A stretch of 64,000 bases of DNA from Chrysemys picta bellii (taxonomy: Eukaryota), in NCBI RefSeq assembly GCF_011386835.1, contig NC_088800.1, forward strand, positions 868,001 through 932,000. The letters run 5' to 3'. Made by a program: the position numbers and the translations under genes. Positions 25,421 to 37,400 of the stretch are shown one piece after another. The notes under the pieces are model-generated. The model did not search any database, was not told the DNA's origin, and saw only the letters and a program-made list of their open reading frames with translations. Numbering within the stretch: position 1 is the stretch's first letter; each line of letters opens with the position of its first letter.

Positions 25421-28400
25421 TTACCTGTGGTGGTTGAAGTGGAGAATGGACATGGCATTGGCGCGGTGTGAGGTGTCTGAGCGCTGGACGATGGGAGCAG
25501 AGGCAGAGTTGATGGCTAGCTCATGGACTGCAGCACGGTTGAGGGAGTCTGTCACTGAGGGGAAGGTGCAGTCGCTATACGTGTGATTTGGAGCCTTGCC
25601 AGCATGAGCCAGGTATGTCAGAGAGTCGGCGTAACCACTGGCCATATGGAGGGACCGCCTGGGGACATGGGCATCTGAAACGAGAGCACAGGAGGGACAC
25701 AATGCAGGGCTGGAGCATCCAAGGAGGAACACCAAAGATGTCCCTTGGTGTTTGCCTTGAGCATGCCTGGCTACATGGCCACATGTTAAGGCACTGGCTG
25801 GAAGCTGGGGCAGTGCTCCAAAGACTGAGGGGATAAATACCCTGCCCCTCAACTCCTCTTTTCTGCCAAAAGCCCTGACCGCAGCAGGGCGCAGGAAGGG
25901 CACTGTGGCTCTAGGGAGGGGACAGTGAGAGAACTAGAGTTACTGTTGGTGAGTTTGTCCCCCTGCAGGTGACAGTGTCTGTGCAACCCCCTCCTAGGGC
26001 GCAGGGCCCACAGTAGTGGCACTCCTTCAGGAGCGTGGTTGGGAATACACAGGGTTATTGACTGATATCCTGGAGCCATGTCACTCACTGGGACCCCCTA
26101 AGACACTCTTGGGCCATAGCTGTCTAAAGGGACATTATGGCACCCCCAGTCCACTCCCATTTCTAAAACAACTGCTCTCCTCAGACATTAGTGCAGCCAC
26201 TCCCTGCTCCTGCCCCACCTCCCAAGCACTATTGAACTTACACCCTGCTCATCTTGCCTTAGCTCCAGCATGCCCAATGCAGCAGCTGGTCCCATGTGCA
26301 GGTGCAGGGGAGGAGAACACATCTCCCCAGGGACAGAGATCTCCACTGGCTTCCAGCCCTTAGAGTCCAGCACAGACTCACCCTCTACGGGTCTCCATTG
26401 ATTCTGAGCTTGATTTCCCTGCCTACTCCCTGACTATGAGACTAGAGACTGATGGCGTCCCAGGGCTCTGAGAGTCTCCGCGCTGGATCGAGGAAGATGG
26501 AACACTTCTACCATGTCACCAGCTGTGCCAGAGGAGAATGCCCTGGGAATCCAGTCAAGCGAGGGAAGGTCGCCTGCTAACCAAACCATACCAATGGGGG
26601 GAACAGGAGAGCCATAGATGCCTGGAAGGCAACTCAGAGCTGGGTTATGTCTCCCAAAAGAGAGGATGCTTTAGAATTGACACCAGCAGTATGCCAGGCC
26701 CCGATTCTGTACTCACGGCTTTCGACCTTGTTTCTGGCGCTGGAGAATCTCCGGCCTCCCTCGTTCAGTATCTTTGCCAGAGGACAGGGCTCGGTGACCA
26801 CTGGTGTCCCCAGAGTGTGGCTTCCTAACCAGCTCATGTTCTTCTGCGGCTGCAGGCCATGCTGTGGCTTATACTGTGCGCGGTAGGGGATGCTCTGGCC
26901 CACGCCTGACAGGGTACCCAGGAGGGTGGGAATGAAGCCCTGGTTGCCCAGCATCCGGGCCCTGGCCGCAGGCTGCTGCATGATCTGCTGTCCTAACTCC
27001 CGGACTGTGCCTCTCAGGAGTGAGAGGGGGACGAGGGTCATTAAACCCTGTGTCTCCCGCTTCCCAAACACGTCCTGAAGGAATCGCGGCTGGAAGAAAA
27101 GAAGAGCAGCGACGTATGTTTTAATTCCTGGGGGGCATGGTTAGGGAGTGGAGAAGGGCTGTCCTCCTCATAGACTTTAAGGTCAGAACACAAGGGACCA
27201 CCCTGCCACCTGCACATCACAGGCCACAGAACCTCCCCCACACACTCTGGTAACAGACCCCGAACCTCTGGCTGAGCCACTGAATTCCTCAAATCATGAG
27301 TTCAAGTCACAGAGAATCCACCATTTCCACTAGTTTAAACCTGCAAGTGCCCCGTGCCCCATGCTGCAGAGGAAGATGAAAAACCTCCAAGGACTCTGCC
27401 AATCTGACCAGGGGGAAATTTCTTCCCAACCCCCCGATTTACCTGTTACTGTTACACCCCTGAGAATCCTCCCTGTGTTTTCACCCCATTTACACCCCAC
27501 ACTTGCAGTCAGAGATTCTGAGGCTAGAAGGGACCATTGTGATTCTCTGGTCTGACCTCCTGTACAACACAGACCAGAGAACCGTACCCAGCGATTGTTG
27601 CCTGCAGCCCACCACTTCTGGCTCAGCTAGAGTGGCTCTGTTACACAGTCACACCCACCCTGGATTTCAAGACACCAAAAGATGGAGAATCCACCATGTC
27701 CCTTGGTAATCTGCTCCAATGGTTAAACAGCCTGACTATTAAAAATTGTATCTTATTTCTAATCTGAATTTGTCTCACTTCAGCTTCCAGCCACTACAAC
27801 TTGTTCTGCATTAGTCTGCAAGATTAAAAAGCTCTTTACTCAGAAATCTTTGTTCCACGTAGGTATTTCAAGACAGTGATCAACCTTCGATTGGTTACGC
27901 TAAACGGATTGCGCTTCTTTGGTCTCTCACCATAAGGCAGGTTTTCCAGACCTCACACTACCCTTGTTGCTCTTTTGTGAACCCTTTCTAATGTATCACC
28001 CTCCTTTCTGACATGTGTCCCTACCCTGCCAGCAAAGGACTGGACAGGATGCGCCTGTCAACGCCAGAGGAGGTGAGGCTGAGCCCCGAGAAATTTCTCA
28101 CTCAGCACTGGCACAAGAACAGATGTCGAGTCTCCAGCATGGCAGGTAACAGCCAAGCCCCATGGCCCTTTACAGCCATCATGACTAACGGAGACAGTGA
28201 CGAGCAGACTACTGGCTTCACTCCCTCCTGGAGTTTGGACCAAGCATCTCTGCAGCTGCATAGCATGTTGCGTGTTCAGGAATTGACTAGGAAGCCACCA
28301 GCCGGCCCAAGAAAACCCAACAAGCCTCTCATCTCACTCGGATGTTCCCCAGTTCCGGATTCCACTGAAGCAGCCATTTGAAGTGCCCAGTGTTCTGCCC

Positions 28401-31400
28401 AGCACTGTCTGCTGGCACACGGGAGTCCAGGGAGTGCACTGGATATGGCAGCATAGCTCTGGGCTTGATACTGTGACACACCCATCCAAAGCTGGCACAC
28501 CAGCTTTGCAGGCAGAAGCCCACACAACAAAAACACTAACCCAGGAACCTATTCTTGCAACAAAGCCCGATGCCAACTCTGTCCACATATCTATTCAGGG
28601 GACACCATCATAGGACCTAATCACATCAGCCACGCCATCCGGGGCTCGTTCACCTGCACATCTACCAATGTGATCTATGCCATCATGTGCCAGCAGTGCC
28701 CCTCTGCCATATACATTGGCCAAACCGGACAGTCTCTACGCAAAAGAATTAATGGACACAAATCAGACGTCAAAAATTATAACATTCAAAAACCAGATGG
28801 AGAACACTTCAACCTCCCTGGACACTCAATTACAGACCTAAAAGTCGCAATTCTTCAACAAAAAAACTTCAAAAACAGACTCCAGCGAGAAACTGCAGAA
28901 CTGGAATTAATTTGCAAACTAGACATCATTAAATTAGGCTTGACTAAAGACTGGGAGTGGATGGGTCATTACACAAACTAAAACCTATTTCCCCATGCTA
29001 ATTTTCCCCCTACTGTTACTCACACCTTCTTGTCAACTGTTGAAAATGGGCCATCCTGATTATCACTACAAAAGTTTTTTTTTCTCCCGCTGATAATAGC
29101 CCACCTTAATTGATTTGTCTCGTTAGAGTTGGTATGGCAACACACATTTTTTCATGTTCTCTGTATATATCTATCTTCCTACTGTATTTTCCACTCCATG
29201 CATCTGATGAAGTGGGTTTTAGCTCATGAAAGCTTATGCCCAAATAAATGTGTTAGTCTCTAAGGTGCCACAAGGATTCCTCATTCTTTCAGCCCCAAGT
29301 GACTTGCTTTACGCTGAGAACAGGGCCTTACTAATTATCCTTAGCACAGTGCGTGTTTCTAAAGCACTCAAGCTACGTGACACGCACTGTGTGTGCCATT
29401 AGTATCCGTGCTACAGACGGCTGTCACGTTCCCTGGGAGAGGCAGCCCCAAAGAATGCCAGGAGATCAGGGATGGGCATTTGTCAGGGTGCAATTTTTAG
29501 ACAAGTCTTTGTTGCTCCTTTCAGCCCCACTTTGTCAAAGGGCTAGTGGCTCCCTTTGCATAGGTCTCCCAGCTGCTAGACAGCTACTCCAGAGTTCACT
29601 TTCTTCAGCTATAAACTTGTCACTGACCAGGAGAAATAGCCCCTGTATCTAAAGGTGATCTGATCTCTATGGGATGTCTAATGGCCCAGCACTGTAGGTC
29701 CCCATTCTCTTGTGGCTGCTCGTTGGTGTATGAATATTGGCACTAGGACAGGGAGTGCAGCAGAAAATCATGCTAATTTCCCTGACAAAGAATCTGGCTT
29801 CCCCAGACTTGTTTTTTTCCCGACAGATTAAAGTAATTGTGTTCACTGCAGAGGAAGGGGCATTCCAGGCATTTCCAGGGCCTGCAGGAGCTCACGTGGG
29901 CAGTGATGGTAGCCACCCTGCGGACTGTGAATGGAACCCTCTCGTCACATCTGCGCTTGGTCACTGGAATATAGCACAAGGGCAGGGCAGGTCTGACGAG
30001 TGACTGTATGGGCTAGTCGACACGACACAGCCCATCTCTGCCCATGCAGCCATGCCCGCTGAGCTATGCCAACAGGAGGAATTTTTTGGCCTCTGTAGAA
30101 AGGCCACCTCCCCAAATGATGCTAGCTAAGCCAGCAGGAGAGCTCGTCTGTGGGCACAGCTGTGGCTACACTGGGGTTTTGCCAGCAGAGCCTGTGGGCT
30201 GTGTGTGTTTTCACATCCCTCACCAACACAGCTGTGCTGACAAAACTCTGTAGTGTAGAGCTGGCCGAGAACAACAGCCCCTTCTTCTCCAGCAGGGCAG
30301 CTCCTCTTCTTCACAAGGCTTTCACTCCTGTTAGCTAACTCAAGTGAAGAACACACCTGGGTTCCCTAGTGAAGACAAGGCCACTGAGACCAGACGTTCC
30401 AGTATGCACAGCTCAACCTTGAGCCAGGACACCAGGCTGTAATGCACACTGGGACTTGTGGGGACTTCCATATTAAGAGAGCGGTCCCCTCTGTTCTGTT
30501 CCATGGGATGCCGGTAAGATGAGTGCCTCCAGGACCCTCCTCTGGACTGTTGAGGTGCCCCTGAGGAATCACTTTTTGACCCTTTTGAACACAGGAAAAA
30601 TTAACATAAAAACAGGCCAACCCAAGGACCCAGCCCCAACCCTCATTCTCATTTAACCCAGCCAGAGGAACTTCTCCAGGCCAGCAGTGCCCAGCGTCCT
30701 CAGTTCCTCCAGCTCCTGTCTGTGCAGGACCACCAAGAACACCACCTACGCACTAGCCCTGGGAGGTGCCTCGGCACAGCCCACCTTTACCTGGCTCTCA
30801 GAGATATTGATGTGGGGCCTGTGGACATCCACAGGCCTGGGCTCAGTTGTGTGGAGCAGTCGAGAGAGGTGATCCACGATGCCCAGACCCCGGATGAGGT
30901 TTTCGCGCTGCAGAAGAGCCTTGATCCTCTCTACTTCCTCATCTTCCACTATCTCCTGGGGCCGCATGGAGTCAAACACCATCTGCTGCATCTTAGGACA
31001 GAAATACACCTTGAATTACAGCATGGTCTGGGGGGCTGGGCCACAGACTAACAGAGGGGGGAGAGTGACTATGGCCACAAACTATGCTGGGGTCAGGAAC
31101 AGGGCTTGGGCCACAAGTTCCAGTGTGGAGCAGGAAGGAGACCCCGGCCGCAGACTCCAGTCGGGGGTAAGAGGGGTGGGGGGCCATAGACTTCCATGGG
31201 CTGGCTGTTCACAGCACTCCCAGCACAGGTCAGCAGCTATCCAAACCAGCTCAATCCTTGGCTGGTGTGGGAGATGTCAGTGCCCCCAGCTCTCCTCCTG
31301 GTGCCAGGTGGCTCCATTTGACCCACCCCATGGAGCTGCACGCTGGATGGAGCAGTGGTACCTTCCTGTCGCAGGTCCTGGCGCTGTTGTAGGTGAGGCG

Positions 31401-34400
31401 AGTGGGAGGAGCCTTGGCCTTGCTGCGGATGCGGGATTTCTCCCCAGCTGACTCTCCCTGCAGGTTCTCCTTTCGCTCCTTTTTCTTCTTCCCAGTAGTA
31501 GCCTCTCGTTGCTCTTGCTTCAAGCGAATTTCCTCCAGCTGCTGCCTGGCAAGAACCAACAGTCTTGGTCACTGCTGCTCAGTGTGAGATCTTGTGCCAA
31601 GCTGTGCTGACCCCAATGGAGGGGACATACAGCACAGCCAAGGGTTGCTATCAGGAGCAGGGTCTGTGATGGCGAATGTGCTGGGAAATGGCCCTGGGCC
31701 TTTAAAAGCTGTTACCATCCCCGAAAGGAAATGCCCTTTGCACCAGGTTGTGCCACCTAGATGGGGTGGAGACGGGCCTACTCAGATGCACCAGGATGCA
31801 TTCTATAAACCACCTCCAGAATCCATAAACAATGGACTCTGGCCTGTCTCCCTCTCAGATCCAGAGGCAGGGCACAGAGGTTATGTGGAGGACGCGGTGC
31901 CTTCCCCATCCCCTGGCAATGGAGCCAGGGCTCCTCTCCTAGGCGCTCACCCCCACCCCAGGCAGCAGCAGGTGTTCCCAGCGGAGAGACTCTCTGCCCC
32001 ATGGCAGTCAATGAGGAGGGCTTTTCCACAGGAGCAATGTACCTGGCACACTCCTCTCTGGCCTTGGAAGCCACTGTCTCCTGGAAGAGGGAGCCACTGT
32101 GCTTGAAGAATGGCTCATACTTGTCTGTCTCCCGCGCGGGGTAAATGCGCCGGTACCCTCCCAGGTGCGTGTTCTCATACTTCTCCGCTTGGGTCAGCCA
32201 GGCCGCCTGGCTGTTCTCTAACTGCTCACGTCTGCCATCAGAAAACAAAGATGAAAGCAGGAGCCATGGCAGACACATCCCTAGAGATGGTTGTACAGGC
32301 AGCAGGGTGGGACAAGTTCCAGATGCTGCCTGTCCAGGAGTCTAGCTGGCCTTTCTCCCCTTCCCCATCCCATCTGGGAACCCCAGCATGCATTCACTGC
32401 ACCAAGCCAATGCACCCTCCCGGTCGGTATCTCCTCCAGCTGGGCAGTACAGGCAAAGCAGGGAGGCTCAGAGCTCCTCTCACCGTCCCCACCCTTCTCA
32501 GCCAAGAGTACCAGTTCACAAGAGCTCGGGTGTCTCAGCTGGGCCTGCCACCTTTCATCCAGCTGTGAACACTCCAGCCTGGGAGAGGGGGCAGCCCAGC
32601 CCCACGCAGCGGGGCTGGAACAGTTTTTATAGTGGGGGGGCGGAGAGCCTTTGAACCTAACTGTAACCCCTGGATATGATGGAAACCACTTCAAGCCAGG
32701 GGTGCGGCAGCTCCCCCAGCCCCCTAGTTCTAGCACCTCTGGACCCAGGGGCAGCAGAGCACAGCACGGGTCCAAGCTCTAGTTACCTGATGTAATTAAT
32801 TGAAACTGGTGCGTGGGAGGGAGCTCCTGCCCACCCTGCCTCGAGAGGCGGCCAATCCAAACTGGCCTCAACAGTTGGGCATTGGCTTTAGCCGTGAGTA
32901 GACATGTCTGTATGAGTGGGCAGGGAAGCAATGCTGCTTTGTGGAGAAGTAGGGTTGCCAACCCTCCAGGATTGGCCGGGAGTCTCCCGAAATCGGCATC
33001 AATCTCCCGGTGACTAGTGAAAGCAATCCGGGAGATTTTAATAGGATATTTTAAGAAAATGACATTACATCATGTTGGGGGGGAAATATCTCCCGGAATA
33101 GCTTCAGTCAGAGTTGGCAACCCTATGGAGAAGCTGGAGTCTCAAAGCTTCTGTGGGAAAAAGGCCACGTGTCACCGGGTACAGTGCCCCAGGATGGCCA
33201 GGGAGGGCCCTGTGACCAAAGCAGGCACAACTGAATGGGAGAGGTAGTAAGCAGCCTGAGACGGGGCTGAGTCTAAAGTACCAGGAATCAAACACGTCCC
33301 AGAGGCTGGGAGCCTCAATCATGGGTCTCCTCTGGGATGCTGAAAGCCTGGGCCCTCTCCCCTTACAGGTGACAATGTTCTCAACAGTGCCACAGCCTCA
33401 GAGGGATTTCAAACGGCCACAAAGCAGCCTTTGGCCTCGCATGCTTGTTACTCTGTTCTCCCCAAAGGCCTGCAGCACTCCTCCTTGGGGGGAGCAGCAC
33501 CTGGCTTCACGAGGTGGCTGGTGGGCCTGGAAGAGTCGCTCCTTCACCCGTCGCTTGTCCTCTTCCAGCACCTTCCTCTTGTCACATGCTCGCAGGTTTA
33601 TCAGGTTGATGGCGTCACAGAGCAAAGCGTCCTTCACCTCTCGGTCCAAGTGTGAGTCCGTGGTGAAACTGGGAGAGTGATTCACCTGCCAAGACAAATG
33701 GCTAGTCCAACATACACATGTGCAACTCTAGCAATCTGCTGCTGGCCTCAGATCCTTCCCCACCTCGTGTTCCTTCATTCCCCTCAGGCAGCCCCGTCCT
33801 ACAGCTGCCCTCTTTCCTATCCCGGCCATAACAGTAAGCATCCCGCTGCTGCGTGGGGCTGACGTTTGCTGTTGCTGCTTTCCTGGCACAAAGTGCCATC
33901 TAAAGATCAGCCAGGCTGCAGGTATCACTTCCTGGCCCCTCACTGGCCGCCCAGGGACACTGAGGAGGCCAGCCCAGGTTCTGAATGGTGCTGCAGAGAT
34001 CCACGCAGCCCTGTGACTCAGGGGAGTCCCCGTTATTACCCCAGGAACTTGGGGAAGACATTTCCTTGTGGAGTGTAGATTACTTGTCTATTTGCCTCCA
34101 GAGCTCCTCATTTAATGGAGTGCTGCAGAGATTGCAGGTGGCAGCATCAATCAAACTAAAACCCTCTGCAACTTGCCCCAGGCTTTAGTTCTACTTCTCT
34201 CCTTGGGCGACAAAAGCCCTCAACAATCTGCTGTGCAGAGGGGGAGAGTTCCAGGCCACCGGCGGGGTTTTCACTCACCTCCAGCAGCCAGGGCTTCAGC
34301 TTTCTGTCTAGCAGGATGTCAAAGCCCAGAATCTCAAAGCAGGCACAGCCGGTGATGTGGTTGGGGAAGCAGGTGCGGTAGTTGTGCTTCAGAACAGGGT

Positions 34401-37400
34401 GGGCTGAGATAAGGGTCTTTATAATGATGTCCTCAATGTCTTCCCAGAGTTCTGTCGTGTCGTAGCTGTTGTCCATCATCCACGCATTCAAGGTAGACAG
34501 TTTCCTGTTTGGGGAACAAGGCGGTGATCAGAGCTGTCCAAGTCAAAGTGGTTCTGCAGCAGTAGCAAGCAATGTCACCACACTGGCTCCATGGGTCAGA
34601 AAGGCGTGGGGAACTCAGGGGACTGAGCCCCGGTGCTGCTTCTTACAAAGCCAGCAAGCCCCAGAGGCACCCCAGATACAGGACCCACTGAGGGGACAGT
34701 TCTGTGCTCAGAATTAACAAGCAAAGAGACAGTTGGACCAGGAACCCAAGACACTGAAGTGGGTGACCTCCACCTAAGTGACTTTAAAAGAGAACGTTCA
34801 CACGGGGTGAGCTGCTATGGCATGCTGCCCAATGAAGGAAGCATGCCAGCCCCATCAATATGGCCTCCCAGCAGGAAGTGAACGAGGGGCTCTGGTGGCA
34901 TAGGCAGGATGGTACCTCTTACTGCCCATCATGTCGTCTCGGATGAAGTTTTCATTATGTTTGTTGATAGCATAGTTGGTCAGGTGCATGCAGATATCGT
35001 CCTGAGGGAGGGACAGCAAGAGACCTTCACACTCAATCTCCGAGTGCCAGTGAGAGACAAGAGGCCCCAGATGTCCAGCAATGCTTAGCCTTCTATCCGG
35101 CAACTGCCGCTCACCTCTGCCCCAGCACCACCACCTCCTCCCCTCCCCAAAGCCATTCCTTCACCCCAGGCCGAAACTCTTCGCCCCTCCACTCTGAGAT
35201 GCCTGATTTCAGGTCAGCCTCAAAACCGCACAAACCTATGAACACGTGGCCAGAGCCTGCTGTGGCTGAAATCTGCTTGGTGCAGCAGCAGCCAGTTGGT
35301 CCTGGACGCATCGCTCAGATTGTCCCCCCAGCACAAATTAGAGCTGCGTGGGGACTGGTGGCAATGGCTTCTGAGGAACCATCTGCCACCTGGAGATAGC
35401 CAGAGCCATGTCCCCCGTCCTCTGCATACCCCATGTCAGTGCTGAGGAGTGGGCTACACTGGATCTATGCCCACTGGGGTCTGTCCCATGCTGCCCCCCC
35501 AGCACAGGAGGTGCAGGCAATTTCTGCAAGTGGAGCAGAGAAGAGAATCTGCCCCTTTTCTTTATTCATCCCAAAACAGAGCACCCCCCGAGACACTCAG
35601 CTACTAGAGGGAGCGGGCTGTGTCTGTAGGTAGGCATGTGCCTAGCCCTGCAAATCTGCGGATATCCACTTTATATCTACGGCTATCCACATCCATGGAT
35701 GCAGACATCCACAGACCATGTTTGCGGTGGATGCGGATACAAATTTTGCATCGCGCAGGGCTCTAGGTATGCGGCACAGATTAGCTGGAGTTCTTCCCAG
35801 CCGAGGCAACAGCTTGGGATGAGCGCTTGCCAGTGGCGTTTGGATGGACTCCACCTCTGGGTGCTGCTGTGTAAGGTACAAAGCCCAACGAGGCGGGAGG
35901 GATAGCTCAGTGGTTTGAGCATTGGCCTGCTAAGCCCAGGGTTGTGAGTTCAATCCTTGACGGGGCAATTTAGGAATTTGGGGCAAAATCAGTACTTGGT
36001 CCTGCTAGTGAAGGAGGAGGCTGGACTCGATGACCTTCCAGCTCTATGAGATAGGGATATCTCCATATAGTACTTCTCCATTTCCCTTCCCTTCTCCATC
36101 TTGCCTCCTGCCATCGGGATAATCACCCTGTTCAGCCCCTGTAGCCTGGGCAGAGCAGACCGCAGGGAATGGGGGCTGCGCACCTGGAGCTCCTGAAATA
36201 ACCATCCTGACATGGAGCAAAAGGAATGGGGGAAAAGGCAGAACAGAGGAGGGAGAAGAAGAGAACGAGGCCCTGACTTCCCAGTGGTTTGTGTGCCCTT
36301 AGGACGAGTGTGTGTTAATCCTATTGACGCTACGCAGTTGTTGGAAACGTCCCTTCTTTACCAGGTTGCCGCTGCTGGGCTCGATGTACCTCATGGTGGC
36401 AAACCGGGCCAGCCCTTCCTCATAGACAAAAATCTTCAGGGGGTCACAGGATGTGACCAGGACGTAGATACGCAGGTCAAATTTGAAGCCATCGATAAGG
36501 AAGGGCTGTGAGAGAAAAGGGGGGAGTGCCCGTGAGATACAGTAGTATTGCTGGCTGCATGGCTCAGGCTCTGCATTCTCAGCTGGGAAGGAGAAATGCT
36601 GAGGACAGCCTGGCGATGGCCCTGCTGGGAGGTGGCAACCCCGATGCTGCTGGCTGAGCTTTCACAGTGGAAGGCTGGCAGTAGTGGGGCACGGGACACG
36701 GGAAGGACATGGGAGGCCAGAAGCTCACACCTTTTTTCCAGGACAGTGGGGGCCCCGTTACCTTGGATATGTACTGCTGGCAGATCAGGTGCTCCCCGTG
36801 TTTAATCTCCTTTGGGTTGCGGGTTATGAAGATGCCCCTCCCTTGGCAGCCACTGTCTGGCTTGCAGATGTATGTCCTGTTTTTCCTCATGCGCCCGTAG
36901 GCCTGGAAATCCCCATAGCTATGTAATGAAGAAGTAGTGACTGTTAGAGCTGCAGGACTCTCCGGTGGCTGTTTGGAGCACTGCATGCTGGGCCAGGTAG
37001 GGCTCAGCATTGGTGGGGCAGCGAGAAGAGCAGTACTGCACCGCACTGCGCTACTCCTGAAGAACATTATTTATCACTGTCTCATCACAGCCTGGGGGAG
37101 AAAGCCCTTATGGCTCTAAGCACTGCTGGGTTAATATCTCCGCCTCCGCCACAGAGAAAGGGTAACGAAACGGCAGCTGCTGCCTAGTCAGGACCCAGCA
37201 AGGTTTTAGCTCTATTACTGTGGAGGGAGCAGGGGAAAACTAACCAACCCTTGGCCACAAAGGAGAATGAAACAAGAAACTACAATGGCGGCTTTCCTGC
37301 GGGCTCTCCTGAAAACACATTTGCCAAACTGGACAGAGATGGATGTGAGAGGAGGCCAGAGGCCCAGGCCAGGGTGCTCTGACCTGGGGCATAGTCAGGA

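Noticed and set aside
30366-30745. Possible extra TTLL13 exons (acceptor-like sites near 30590 and 30740)
   Set aside because: No recognisable homology and early stops; the exon at 27089 supplies the expected continuation in the right phase.
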